A stretch of DNA of 32,000 nt from Isorropodon fossajaponicum endosymbiont JTNG4 (GTDB lineage: Bacteria; Pseudomonadota; Gammaproteobacteria; PS1; Pseudothioglobaceae), in NCBI RefSeq assembly GCF_016592615.1, contig NZ_AP013043.1:660001-692000 (forward strand). The letters are read 5' to 3'. Made by a program: the position numbers and the translations under genes. Positions 7,177-17,398 of the stretch are shown one piece after another. Position 1 is the first letter of the stretch; every line of letters begins with the position of its first letter. The notes beneath the pieces are model-generated. The model made no database searches. It saw only the letters and a list, made by a program, of their open reading frames with translations, and was not told where the DNA came from.

Positions 7177-10100
7177 ATGCCAAAAAGACAAGACCTTAAA
7201 AGTATTTTAATTATCGGCGCTGGACCTATTGTGATTGGTCAAGCTTGCGAGTTTGATTATTCTGGTGCGCAAGCCTGCACGGCACTGCGTGAAGAGGGAT
7301 ATCGTGTTATTTTGGTTAATTCCAACCCAGCCACCATCATGACTGACCCGAAAATGGCGGATGCGACTTATATTGAGCCAATTGAGTGGCGTACGGTTGA
7401 AAAAATTATTGAAACAGAAAAGCCCGATGCGTTATTACCGACCATGGGCGGGCAAACCGCACTTAATTGCGCACTAGATTTAGAGCGTCATGGTGTGCTT
7501 AAAAAACATAATGTGGAAATGATTGGTGCTACAAAAGAAGCCATTGATAAAGCCGAGGATCGTGATTTATTCCGTGAGGCGATGTTAAAAATTGGTCTTG
7601 ATATGCCTAAAGCCGCTGTGGCTCATAATATGGAGCAAGCACACGCTGTACAAGAAACAGTCGGCTTTCCAACTGTTATCCGCCCTTCATTTACCATGGG
7701 TGGTAGTGGTGGTGGCATTGCTTATAATAAAGAAGAATTTGTTGAAATTTGCGAACGAGGTTTAGACCTCTCACCGACTAATGAGCTTTTAATTGAAGAG
7801 TCTATTCTTGGTTGGAAAGAGTTTGAGATGGAAGTGGTGCGTGACAGTAAAGATAATTGTATTATTATTTGCTCAATTGAAAATCTTGACCCTATGGGCA
7901 TTCACACGGGCGACTCGATTACTGTTGCACCTGCACAAACACTAACTGATAAAGAATACCAAGTGATGCGTGATGCTTCATTAGCAGTACTTCGTGAAAT
8001 TGGGGTTGATACAGGTGGCTCAAACGTGCAATTTGCGCTTAATCCAGAAGATGGTCGTTTAACCATTATTGAGATGAACCCACGTGTGTCTCGCTCATCA
8101 GCATTGGCATCAAAAGCAACAGGCTTTCCTATTGCTAGAGTGGCTGCAAAACTAGCCATAGGTTACACTTTAGACGAACTTGATAATGAAATTACGAATG
8201 GTAAAACACCCGCTTCTTTTGAGCCAAGTATTGATTATGTAGTCACTAAAATTCCAAGATTTGCCTTTGAAAAATTTCCCAAAGCGGATGACCGTTTAAC
8301 CACGCAAATGAAGTCTGTGGGCGAAGTAATGGCTATTGGCTCAACCTTCCAAGAATCTTTACAAAAAGCATTAAGAGGGCTAGAGACCGATAAGGTCGGA
8401 TTAGACCCTATTGTTGATTTGAACGCTGATGATGCGCGCAATAAAATACGTTCTGAGTGCATTTCAGCTCGAGGCGAACGCATTTTCTATTTGGCTGATG
8501 CCTTTAGATTGGGCATGAGTGTTGAAGAGGTGTTTGATTTGTCTAAAGTTGATCCTTGGTTTCTAACGCAAATACAAGATATTGTTTCAACTGAGTTGCA
8601 AATTAATGGCACAAATATCACTGATATTGATGCTGACAAAATGTTTACCTTGAAGCGTAAAGGTTTTTCTGATGCGCGTTTGGCACAATTATTCTGTTGT
8701 AGCGAGTCCTCAGTACGTGAGCGTCGTCGTGCACTTAATATTAAACCTGTGTTTAAGCGAGTGGACAGTTGCGCGACAGAATTTGACACCCAGACTGCTT
8801 ATTTATATTCAACTTATCAACTTGAGTGCGAAGCCAATCCAACGGATAAGAAAAAAATTATGATTTTGGGTGGCGGGCCTAATCGTATTGGGCAAGGCAT
8901 TGAGTTTGATTATTGCTGTGTGCATGCGTCATTAGCGTTACGTGAAGATGGGTTTGAAACGATTATGGTAAATTGCAACCCTGAAACAGTCTCAACTGAC
9001 TATGATATTTCAGACCGCTTGTATTTTGAGCCCTTGACTTTAGAGGATGTTTTGGCTATTGTTGATATTGAAAACCCAGATGGCATTATTGTGCATTATG
9101 GTGGTCAAACGCCACTTAAATTGGCTGATGCATTAGAAAAAAATGGTGCTAAAATTATTGGCACAACGCCAGATGCTATTGATTTGGCTGAAGATAGAGA
9201 GCGTTTTTCTAAAATGTTGCAAGAGTTAGAACTTAAGCAGCCACTAAATGGTACAGCGCGTTCATTAGAACAAGCACAAGATATTGCAGATGCAATTGGT
9301 TTTCCATTAGTAGTTAGACCTTCTTATGTACTTGGTGGTCGGGCGATGGAAATTGTTTATGACAAAGACAGTCTTGAGCGTTACATGCACACAACAGTTC
9401 AAGTATCAAACGATTCCCCTATTTTGTTAGATTCGTTTTTAGACCATGCCATTGAAGTTGATATTGATGCAATTTGTGACGGTGAAGATGTGGTGATTGG
9501 TGGTATTATGCAACATATTGAGCAAGCAGGCATTCATTCAGGCGATTCTGCTTGTTCACTACCCCCTTATTCGCTAGCCAGTGACGTATTGGATGAAATG
9601 CGTACTCAGGTTGTTGCTATGGCTAAAAAAATAAACGTGGTTGGTTTGATGAATACTCAACTCGCCTATCAAGATGGTGAGATTTATATTATTGAGGTTA
9701 ATCCACGCGCTTCACGCACAGTGCCTTTTGTGTCTAAAGCAATTGGCATACCACTGGCTAATATTGCTGCACGTGTGATGTCAGGTGTGTCGCTTAAAGC
9801 TCAGAATTTTACCAAAGAGATTATTCCCAAGCACTTTAGTGTCAAAGAGGCGGTATTCCCATTTAATAAATTTTTAGGCGTGGACCCAATTTTAGGCCCT
9901 GAAATGCGTTCAACAGGCGAAGTAATGGGCATCGGCAAGGATTTTGCCTCAGCTTTTGATAAGGCTCAATTAGCAACAGGCAGTCGTGCACCAGAAAGTG
10001 GCAAAGTATTTGTTAGCTTGCGCAGGCTTGACCGTAACGAGTTGATTGCTTTGGGTAAAAAATTATTAGCACAAGGCTTTAATTTGGTTTCAACGCGTAG

Positions 10101-10386
10101 TAATAGAGACATGCTAAATGAAGCTGGACTTGAGTGTGAAGTGGTCAATAAAGTATCAGAAGGATCGCCTCATATTGTTGATATGATTAAAAATGATGAT
10201 ATCGATTTGATTATTAACTCAACTGAAGACACCCAAGGCGTGGAAGATGCTACAGCAATTTGTTGCCAAGCATTGGTGCATAAAGTGCCATTTACTACCA
10301 CAGTGGCAGCTGCATTTGCCATGCTAGATGGTCTAAAAGTCAACAATAAACTCACCATAACCAAACTTCAATCACTACACTCATAA
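7177..10386 (+). CDS. carB: carbamoyl-phosphate synthase large subunit
   Basis: 1069 aa with two ATP-grasp halves ([17 protein letters not shown] / [16 protein letters not shown]) and a C-terminal MGS-like domain. Confidence 0.97.
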   Translation: MPKRQDLKSILIIGAGPIVIGQACEFDYSGAQACTALREEGYRVILVNSNPATIMTDPKMADATYIEPIEWRTVEKIIETEKPDALLPTMGGQTALNCALDLERHGVLKKHNVEMIGATKEAIDKAEDRDLFREAMLKIGLDMPKAAVAHNMEQAHAVQETVGFPTVIRPSFTMGGSGGGIAYNKEEFVEICERGLDLSPTNELLIEESILGWKEFEMEVVRDSKDNCIIICSIENLDPMGIHTGDSITVAPAQTLTDKEYQVMRDASLAVLREIGVDTGGSNVQFALNPEDGRLTIIEMNPRVSRSSALASKATGFPIARVAAKLAIGYTLDELDNEITNGKTPASFEPSIDYVVTKIPRFAFEKFPKADDRLTTQMKSVGEVMAIGSTFQESLQKALRGLETDKVGLDPIVDLNADDARNKIRSECISARGERIFYLADAFRLGMSVEEVFDLSKVDPWFLTQIQDIVSTELQINGTNITDIDADKMFTLKRKGFSDARLAQLFCCSESSVRERRRALNIKPVFKRVDSCATEFDTQTAYLYSTYQLECEANPTDKKKIMILGGGPNRIGQGIEFDYCCVHASLALREDGFETIMVNCNPETVSTDYDISDRLYFEPLTLEDVLAIVDIENPDGIIVHYGGQTPLKLADALEKNGAKIIGTTPDAIDLAEDRERFSKMLQELELKQPLNGTARSLEQAQDIADAIGFPLVVRPSYVLGGRAMEIVYDKDSLERYMHTTVQVSNDSPILLDSFLDHAIEVDIDAICDGEDVVIGGIMQHIEQAGIHSGDSACSLPPYSLASDVLDEMRTQVVAMAKKINVVGLMNTQLAYQDGEIYIIEVNPRASRTVPFVSKAIGIPLANIAARVMSGVSLKAQNFTKEIIPKHFSVKEAVFPFNKFLGVDPILGPEMRSTGEVMGIGKDFASAFDKAQLATGSRAPESGKVFVSLRRLDRNELIALGKKLLAQGFNLVSTRSNRDMLNEAGLECEVVNKVSEGSPHIVDMIKNDDIDLIINSTEDTQGVEDATAICCQALVHKVPFTTTVAAAFAMLDGLKVNNKLTITKLQSLHS

Positions 10387-10862
10387 TGGAAAATATACCA
10401 ATGACCGTTTTTGGTGCCAAAGCACTAGAAGCGGAATTACTTAAACTTAAAGATGTTAGTCGCCCCCGCGTTATTGAAGATATTGCCACAGCGCGCGCTC
10501 ATGGTGATCTTAAAGAAAATGCTGAATATCATGCCGCTAAAGAAGAGCAAAGCTTTATTGAAGGTCGAATCAAAGAGGTCGAATCAAAACTTTCTCGTAT
10601 GCAAGTGATTGATGTTGCTAAACTTAACCAAGATGGCCGCTGTGTTTTTGGTACTACTATTACTCTAATGAACATTGAAGATGATAGTGAAACCACGTAT
10701 CAAATTGTGGGCGAAGATGAGGCTGATATTGCACTTGGTAAGATTTCGTGTCATTCACCAATCGCCAGTGCATTAATGGGCAACGAAGAGGGTGATGAGG
10801 TCACAGTGAAAGCGCCCAAAGGTGATATTATTTATGAAATACTAAGTGTTGAATATATTTAA
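10386..10862 (+). CDS. greA: transcription elongation factor GreA
   Basis: 158 aa containing ARAHGDLKENAEYHAAKEEQSFIEGRI and a C-terminal ...SPIASALMG. carAB-greA is a conserved linkage. Confidence 0.95.
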   Translation: MENIPMTVFGAKALEAELLKLKDVSRPRVIEDIATARAHGDLKENAEYHAAKEEQSFIEGRIKEVESKLSRMQVIDVAKLNQDGRCVFGTTITLMNIEDDSETTYQIVGEDEADIALGKISCHSPIASALMGNEEGDEVTVKAPKGDIIYEILSVEYI

Positions 10863-10907
10863 GATTTTTTAAATTGTGCTACAATAATCACAGATAGGAA
10901 AAATATT

Positions 10908-11647
10908 ATGAAAGACAACCAACGAATTACAACTGTTGTTTTATTAGCTGCTGGCACAGGGGCTCGCTTGCGACCACTGACTTTTGGATGCACCAAAATG
11001 TCTTACTATTATTAATAGACAAACCTATTTTACAACACTTAATTAGACACATTTCGTATTCAAGGTGTTAAAAAAATAATTATAGCAACGGGCTATTTAG
11101 AGCACCGCACTCGTGAATATTTAGAGCAACATGCTGGCGATATAAAAATAGAATATATTTTTAATGCTGATTACCAAATAACCAATAATATTTATTCTTT
11201 GTGGCTGACTAGGCAAGCCATTCAAGAGGATTTTATATTAGTGGAAAGTGATTTGGTATTTGATGCTAGTCTTTTGGATAAAAAAGATGTATCCAAATCG
11301 GATTTGCATCATCAAATATTTTACCATGGATGAATGGTACAACAGTGTCGTTAAATGATGATAATAAAGTGAATATATTTCACATGTCTGCTAATATTTC
11401 AAACAACTCACATTGTAAAACCGTCAATATTTGTAGTTTATCTTTAGATAGTTGGTACAAGGTGCTAGATAGATTGGATAATTATATTTCTGCAAAAAAT
11501 CTCAACACTTATTATGAGGCTGTTTTTACAGACTTGGTAGCAAAAAAGACCCTATCCTTTGAAGCTATTATGTTTGATGAGAAAAAATGGTATAAAATTG
11601 ATACCATTGAAGATTTAGAGGTAGCAGAAGAGCTTTTTAGTCACTAA
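10908..11647 (+). pseudogene. LicC-like sugar/phosphocholine-type nucleotidyltransferase, multiply frameshifted
   Basis: The N-terminus VVLLAAGTGARLRPLT is followed by DAPKCL, LLLIDKPILQHLI and FRIQGVKKIIIATGY in three different frames. Then come NADYQITNNIYSLWL, a stop, and the final ORF ...WYKIDTIEDLEVAEELF. Confidence 0.65.
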
Positions 11648-11759
11648 TGAGATATTTTTGTTTAAAAATATAGCCAATGTTGTTTCAATCTTAGGTGTTC
11701 TACCTTTGACTTCATTGTATCTAGATGGTGGGTATCAGTATTTACTTCCACTGATTCTT
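11647..11759 (+). pseudogene. 5' stub of a membrane protein (possibly CDP-alcohol phosphatidyltransferase-like), cut by IS256
   Basis: ATG at 11647 overlaps the upstream stop. After a shift in a T5 run it reads FKNIANVVSILGVLPLTSLYLDGGYQYLLPLIL, then runs directly into the IS256 terminal repeat at 11760. Confidence 0.3.
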
Positions 11760-11784
11760 GACCCTGTAAACCAGATTGTGTAAA
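11760..11784. repeat. IS256 terminal inverted repeat copy (right end, seen inward on the + strand)
   Basis: GACCCTGTAAACCAGATTGTGTAAA is identical to 31450-31474. Similarity continues about 6 more nt with one indel. Confidence 0.9.
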
Positions 11785-12293
11785 GCCCTCGTTAAAAATC
11801 AGACATAATCCTTTAATCTATCCTCATGCAGGATTATAAACTAATTCACTGCTTGTGACCAATTTCTAATTGGCATCGTCCATTTCTTACTGGCTGCTTC
11901 AATGGCCAAAAAGACAACTTTAAAAGCAGAATCATCGTGATTAAAAATCTTTCTATTCTTGATAGATTTACGAATCACTGAGTTTAAGGATTCAATGGCA
12001 TTGGTGGTATAGACTGCCTTTCTAATGGCTTCAGGATAAGCAAATATTGTTGCTACATTATCCCAATGACGTCGCCATGATTTGGCAATGCTTGGGAACT
12101 GTTTACCCCACTGGTGTTCAAACTCATCTAATGCGAGTAAAGCCTCATCTTCACTGATGGACTGGTAAATTTGTTTAAGACTACTGGCAACCTGCTTTCT
12201 GTCTTTGTAACCCACATATTTAAGGGAGTTTCTAACCATATGCACAATACACCGTTGAACATTCTGTTCAATACCCCCTTGAGGGGGGAACAC
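11760..12293 (-). mobile_element. IS256-family element, right-end remnant (terminal repeat plus C-terminal ~150 codons of the transposase)
   Basis: ORF 11841..12293 reads VFP...QRCIVHMVRN...YTTNAIESLNSVIRK, the mutator/IS256 transposase C-terminus. The terminal 25 nt GACCCTGTAAACCAGATTGTGTAAA at 11760 are identical to 31450-31474. Confidence 0.85.
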
Positions 12294-12515
12294 TAGATTA
12301 TGCCAAACTCATGGTGCATGAGAATTACACCAATAAAAAAAATCATGATAATATCAGGAGCTTGCTCCTCAGCAGTTAGCAGATGGAGAAAACAATACCT
12401 AGCAGAGCTTGGTGGACAAACACCAGAGTCAGGCAAAGCGCTGACTTCTGAACAACAAACAATACAACTGCTTGAGAAACAACTTTGGCGCGCACAAAGG
12501 GACAATGAAATCTGA
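12294..12515 (+). mobile_element. IS3-family orfA remnant (no left end, no orfB)
   Basis: ...AVSRWRKQYLAELGGQTPESGKALTSEQQTIQLLEKQLWRAQRDNEI matches the IS3 OrfA HTH end plus leucine-zipper region (L.RW.KQ...LT.EQ.EI..LKK.L.R...E..ILKKA). Confidence 0.65.
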
Positions 12516-12796
12516 AGCATGCCCTTGGCTTTATGCTTGGTTTCTTGCAATTCTTGTTTGGCAATAGAGTCAAACACAATGCCTGCCCCTGCCCTTAAAG
12601 TTAATAGATTATCTTGTTTACTAATGGTACGAATAAGAATGTTAAAATCCATTTTTCCGTTACTACTAATATAACCCAGCGATCCTGTATAGGCTTGGCG
12701 CGGCATCTGTTCAAGTTCTTGAATAATTTGCATACAACGAATTTTAGGGCAGCCAGTGATGGTGCCGCCTGGAAATAATGCACTGATTAGGTGCAT
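12516..12796 (-). pseudogene. pabB: aminodeoxychorismate synthase component I, C-terminal ~93 codons only
   Basis: HLISALFPGGTITGCPKIRCMQIIQELEQMPRQAYTGSLGYISSNGKMDFNILIRT...RAGAGIVFDSIAKQELQETKHKAKGML compares with E. coli PabB FPGGSITGAPKVRAMEII.ELE...GSIGY...D..I.IRT...GGGIV.DS. The rest of the gene is absent. Confidence 0.7.
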
Positions 12797-12837
12797 TCTA
12801 GTTCTTGTCCTCATTAAGCATTTTTTTAGATTGGTGC

Positions 12838-13472
12838 GTGGAAAATCATTGTCCATTATGCCAATCAACTGATTAAAAATACTATTTTAAGAACCAAGAT
12901 TCAGGCTATTTTATTTACGCTCAATGTGAGTTAGTTTTTGCACCTGTTGAATATCATTTAAGTGGTATTCAAGAAAAATCTAGGTACGATTTACATCAAA
13001 ACAACCCCTAAGATTTACATTATCGACAGTTTCTATCCAAAGTTTTCAATCCAGTATTAAAACACATTCCAGCAAATGCTATTGGGCTTGATTTTGGCTC
13101 TGGTCCAGGTCTACACTCTCTGTTATGTTTTCAGAGCAAGGACATCATGTGGATTTGTTTGATAAGTTCTATGCAAACAATCCCTTAATTTTTAATAATC
13201 ACTATGATTTTATTACCTTAACTGAAGTAGTGGAGCATTTTGACAAGCCTGGATTTGAGTTAGATAGACTTTTTGCTATGTTGAATGATGATGGTGTCTT
13301 ATCCATTATGACCAATATGCTAAATAGCGACACCAATTTTGAACACTGGCATCATAAGAATGATCCAACGCATATCTGCTTTTTTAGCCAAACGACTATG
13401 AATTACCTTACCAATAAATGGAGCGCAAAGGTTAGATTTTATGGTGATGATGTTGTTTTGTTCTTTAAATAA
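12838..13472 (+). pseudogene. class I SAM-dependent methyltransferase with N-terminal CxxC...CxxC, two in-frame stops and one frameshift
   Basis: The gene starts at a GTG and reads VENHCPLCQSTD. After TAA (12874-12876) it reads KYYFKNQDSGYFIYAQCELVFAPVEYHLSGIQEKSRYDLHQNNP. After a second TAA (13009-13011) it reads DLHYRQFLS...GLDFGSGPG. The frame then shifts near 13110 into MFSEQGHHVDLFDKFYA...LTEVVEHF. Confidence 0.7.
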
Positions 13473-13544
13473 AATTCAAGTAGCCAGCTTATTTAATTTA
13501 AGCGTATAGTTATAAAATATTTTATATAAATAAGAAAAAAACTG

Positions 13545-13922
13545 ATGAAAAAAATTTGGATATTTATAGCATTAAGTGGCGCTTTAGCAGTGACAATAGG
13601 CGCAATGTCAACGCATATTTTAAAGGATATTATGCAAGCAGAAGATATTACACGCATACAAACAGCGGCAACTTACCAAATGTACCATACTTTAATGATT
13701 GCAGCATTAGTTGTGTGTTCGCAGCGTATTTCATTTAAGTCTATTGATCAAAGCATTTGGCTTTTTATAGCAGGTATTGTACTATTTTCAGGTAGTTTGT
13801 ATTTATACACTTTGACCAAACTACATGGCTTTGTTTTTGTTACACCGGTAGGTGGTGTGCTATTGATACTTGGTTGGTTAAGCGTGGCAAGGCTTGCTTT
13901 TGTTTGTGCCAAACTAAAATAA
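13545..13922 (+). CDS. DUF423 (YgdD/TMEM256-like) small inner-membrane protein
   Basis: 125 aa with four predicted TM helices. Contains LAVTIGAMSTH...AATYQMYH...GSLYLYTL...PVGGVLLILGW. Confidence 0.7.
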   Translation: MKKIWIFIALSGALAVTIGAMSTHILKDIMQAEDITRIQTAATYQMYHTLMIAALVVCSQRISFKSIDQSIWLFIAGIVLFSGSLYLYTLTKLHGFVFVTPVGGVLLILGWLSVARLAFVCAKLK

Positions 13923-14022
13923 CACCCGCCTGTTTTAATCTTTATCTCTGTAAAAAAGATAATTCCAGTATATTGGATTCTTACCTGTCATAATTGTTGA
14001 ATATTTTTTACCCAAGGATGGA

Positions 14023-15310
14023 ATGATGCATCGTTATTTTTTAGCAATTAGCTGTATTTTTATACTGATTAACACTCATGCTGATATTGGCATTATTAGT
14101 GGTAATCAAATGCTAGAATCAGTTAATAAGCAAATTATCAATACTAACACAGATGAATTAAAAACCATTCTTGATACTGACCTAAATGTGGTTTTGATAG
14201 ATGTACGTACACCTTTTGAATTGGCTAAATTAGGTACAATTAAGCGTGGTTAAAATATAAATATTGCCAGAGGCTGGCTAGAGTTTCGAGTGGGTGATTA
14301 TGTTAAGTCGAAGGACACACCAATTATTGTTTACTGTGGAAAAAACCTACGCTCACCATTAGCCAAAAGACCTTATAGAATATGGGTTATACCAATGTTA
14401 AAAATTATGCTGATGGCTATTTTGCATGGAAAAAAGCGTCTTATCCCGTCAAAATTAGTGATTATGAAACAAATAATATTTTATATAGAAAGCCCATTCA
14501 AATTGCTAAAAATCTTTATTCTGCTATTGGCGCCACTCAGCCGCCTACTTATGAAAATTCAAATCATAATAACAATTTATCATTCATTGTAACAGCAGAT
14601 GGCGTTTTGGTGTTTAATGCAGGTGGCAGCTATATGCATGAACAGATTAAAAAAATTACGCCTCAACCTGTCAAATACGTAGTGCTGGAAAACTCACAAG
14701 GGCACGCTATTTTGGGCTCAAATTATTGGAAAGAACAAGGGCGACTTTAATCGCATATACTAAAGCTTACAAAGAAATACAGCACAGATCTGAAGACATT
14801 TATGTTCGTGCATTAAGAACGCAAAAAGATAAAATGATTGGCACAAAGGTTATTCTTCCTGACCAAACTTTTGAAGATAAAATGATTTTAAATATGGGTA
14901 ATACCACCATTGAATTATTGCGCCTTGGTGCTTCTCATTCGCCTGATGATATTCAGCTTTGGCCCCCCCAAGTAAAAATTGTTAATTAGTGGCGATATGG
15001 CATTTAATGAACGTATGTTGCCAGTGTTTGTTCATACTAATACGACTACTTGGATTAAAGCTTGAAGCCTTGCAGCCTAAAATTATTGTCTCAGGACATG
15101 GCGCACCAACAGACTTAGCAGGCGTTACTAAATTTACTAAAGATTACTTGGTTTATATGCGCACTCAAGTTAGCAAAGTATTAGATGATGATGGCAGTTT
15201 GCTTGATGCTTATCATACTTGACCAATCTGCTTATCAAGATTGGGGTACCTATAACGAATTGCATAAACAGAATGCTGAGCGTATTTTCAAGCAAATGGA
15301 ATTTGAATAA
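14023..15310 (+). pseudogene. exported rhodanese - metallo-beta-lactamase-fold fusion protein, heavily disrupted
   Basis: It has a signal peptide and a rhodanese part: LIDVRTPFELAKLGTIKRG, TAA at 14251-14253, then NINIARGWLEF...IIVYCGKNLRSPLA, then MGYTNVKNYADGYFAWKK. The MBL part reads YRKPIQIAKNLYSAIG...LSFIVTADGVLVFNAGGS...VKYVVLENSQGHAILG...ISGDMAFNERMLPVF...IIVSGHGAP...YNELHKQNAERIF. It is spread over all three forward frames, with at least 6 disruptions. One disruption is at a C7 run (14963-14969). Confidence 0.7.
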
Positions 15311-15320
15311 TAATCTTGTT

Positions 15321-16286
15321 TTATGATGAAACTAGCGCCAAGTAAGATTGGTAGCGCTTCTGGTGAATTTTGCCTGATTTGACTGCTGATTTAATTGCGC
15401 ATTTTGGCTCAAAAATATGAGCGCAGTTTCTGAATTTACAAGTATTAATAAGCGGTTTAAATTCTTTAAACCCGTTTAAAATTTCTTGATTGGTAAGTTC
15501 ATCTAATTGAAATTCACGAATGCCTGGAGAGTCAATTAAATCACCACCTGAAGGGATGTGATAAAGTGTGGTGTTAGTTGTCGTATGCTTACCAAGTTTG
15601 CTTTTGGCAGATATTTCGTTAACACGTAAATTTAAATTAGGTATTAACTCATTGATTAGTGAAGATTTTCCCACGCCAGATTGGCCTAAAAAAATATGGG
15701 CCTTGTTGTTAAGTTGAGTTTTAAGTTGATTAATGTTGATTTGTTTTTTAACACTTAAATAACTTACCGAATAGCCAATATTTTCATACATAGAAAAATC
15801 AAATTTAATTTTTTTCATATCACTTGCCAGCTCAATCTTATTGACGACTATATTAATAGGCAATTTTGCATTTTCAGCCACCACTAAATAGCGATCAATT
15901 AATTCAAACTGATAATGCGGTTCAATGGCAATTACTAACCACAGTTGGTCGATATTGGCAGCAATGAGTTTGTGTGCACGATGAAGTTGATTATGACGCT
16001 CAAGCAGGGCGGTGACAATGCCTTGATTGGACTGCGTTATCTGAAAGATGACTTGATCGCCAGCAACAGATAAGTCAATATTACGCCTAGCAGTGCATTG
16101 ATATAACTCGCCTGATTTTGATTTGACTAATAAACGTTGTCCATAGCGAGTGATGACCAAGCCTATTTGTGCTTTATCAGAATTAAGGGGTAATTCTTCA
16201 AAATTTTCTGAGGCTTTGTTTGCCCTAGCAATACGCTCAGCTTGAATTTTTTCAAGTCGCCACTTTTGACGGCGTGTTAGAGACAA
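15321..16286 (-). CDS. rsgA: ribosome small-subunit-dependent GTPase A
   Basis: Circularly permuted GTPase with NKIEL (G4), GQSGVGKSSLIN (G1) and DSPG (G3), plus the C-terminal zinc knuckle CKFRNCAHIFEPKCA. Confidence 0.9.
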   Translation of the reverse strand: MSLTRRQKWRLEKIQAERIARANKASENFEELPLNSDKAQIGLVITRYGQRLLVKSKSGELYQCTARRNIDLSVAGDQVIFQITQSNQGIVTALLERHNQLHRAHKLIAANIDQLWLVIAIEPHYQFELIDRYLVVAENAKLPINIVVNKIELASDMKKIKFDFSMYENIGYSVSYLSVKKQININQLKTQLNNKAHIFLGQSGVGKSSLINELIPNLNLRVNEISAKSKLGKHTTTNTTLYHIPSGGDLIDSPGIREFQLDELTNQEILNGFKEFKPLINTCKFRNCAHIFEPKCAIKSAVKSGKIHQKRYQSYLALVSS

Positions 16287-16295
16287 AGCTGTGTG

Positions 16296-16574
16296 CTATT
16301 TTTTGAACTTATAATATTCATTATTTAAATGATCCACAACTGATTTTTCCTCATCAGGAAACCAATCAATGCTAAATGCACTGACACAATTACTCACTTG
16401 GCGACGTAACTCAAAATGATTGTGTAAACGCGAATTGTCCCGTGTGTAAAAAGCATCATCATGTTCAATAATATGGCAAGCAATACAAGATTCATTGTGT
16501 AATTCTTTGCCTTCTTCATTGGCAAATGAAACACTTGATGCGATTAACATTGTGCTTAGCAATAATTGATTCAT
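16296..16574 (-). CDS. small exported monoheme c-type cytochrome
   Basis: Signal peptide MNQLLLSTMLIASSVSFA and a single CIACH heme-binding motif. 92 aa. Confidence 0.6.
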   Translation of the reverse strand: MNQLLLSTMLIASSVSFANEEGKELHNESCIACHIIEHDDAFYTRDNSRLHNHFELRRQVSNCVSAFSIDWFPDEEKSVVDHLNNEYYKFKK

Positions 16575-16612
16575 AAACTTCTCCTCTAGTTGGTTTTTAA
16601 GTATACCGTTTA

Positions 16613-17395
16613 TTACTTATAAGTCTTAAGCTGATTAATCCGAATTGACGCACTTGGATGAGAGTCATGAAAAGCAGAGTATAAATAATCTGGTGTGAGG
16701 GTTGCGGCATTATCTTTATATAACTTCACTAGCGAAGATACTAAATCATCTGCATTAGCATGTTTAGCGGCAAAGGCATCGGCTTCAAACTCATGCTTTC
16801 GTGATAGATAATTATTAACAGGTGCAATGAAAAAACTAAATACTGGCATGGTTAGTGTAAACAAAATAAGAGCTATATGATTTGATGGATGGCTAATACC
16901 AAGCCCATGAAAAAACCAATCTTGATTAATCAAATAACCAAGCAATGCTAAACCAAGCAAGGAAATTGTAAATGAACTAATCATGTGCTTTTTGATATGT
17001 TTATGATGAAAATGCCCCAGTTCATGAGCAAGAATTGCTTGAACTTCATCATCATTCATGCCTTTAAGTAGCGTATCAAAAAACACAATGCGCTTATTTT
17101 TACCAATGCCTGTAAAGTAGGCATTGCCATACGATGACCTTTTAGACCCGTCCATTACAAACACGCCATCACTTTGAAACCCTGTGCGTTTGAGTAAGTT
17201 GTCAATTTTAGTTTTTAACTCAACATTACCTAGTGGCTTGAATTGATTAAAAATGGGCGCAATATAAGTGGGATAAAGCCAAAACATCAATAGCGAAAAT
17301 CCGGTGAGAACCAGCCAAACATAAATCCATCAGTATTCACCCATAGCGCCCATTAAATAAAGAATGGTACAAATCAGTGGTAAGCCAACAATACA
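16613..17395 (-). pseudogene. M48 (Ste24/HtpX-type) zinc metalloprotease, 5'-truncated with an in-frame TGA
   Basis: Contains AILAHELGHFHHKH (HExxH) and EFEADAFA. The reading frame continues upstream of the track ORF through TGA at 17330-17332 (GEY*WIYVW). It ends at the IS3 remnant, and the N-terminal TM region expected for this family is missing. Confidence 0.7.
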
Positions 17396-17398
17396 ATA

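Noticed and set aside
7902-10364. Several 60-100 aa ORFs antisense to carB (7902..8159, 8235..8483, 8487..8789, 9966..10148, 10170..10364), and similar ones antisense to leuC, asnB, ispG, ndk and hup.
   Set aside because: They lie entirely inside strongly supported genes on the opposite strand. They have no SD or family resemblance and show the composition expected of antisense frames. I treated them as spurious.
10558-10590. A 12-bp direct repeat, GGTCGAATCAAA, occurring twice within 30 bp.
   Set aside because: It lies inside greA and encodes the coiled-coil segment GRIKEVESKL, so it is a coding coincidence and not a regulatory or mobile repeat.
12293-12868. A 191-aa minus-strand ORF that appears to be one gene.
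   Set aside because: It is a read-through artefact. Only codons from about 12796 down to 12516 resemble PabB. The 3' part is antisense to the IS3 orfA remnant, and the first ~24 codons overlap the start of the methyltransferase gene on the other strand.
17330-17332. Considered UGA-to-Trp recoding, because the in-frame TGA in the M48 gene sits in a Trp-rich context (GEY*WIYVW).
   Set aside because: TGA is clearly used as a terminator in intact, tightly coupled genes here (carA, the HMA protein, prmA and the small membrane protein upstream of ispG). Trp is encoded by TGG throughout. The M48 gene is also truncated, so a plain nonsense mutation is simpler.
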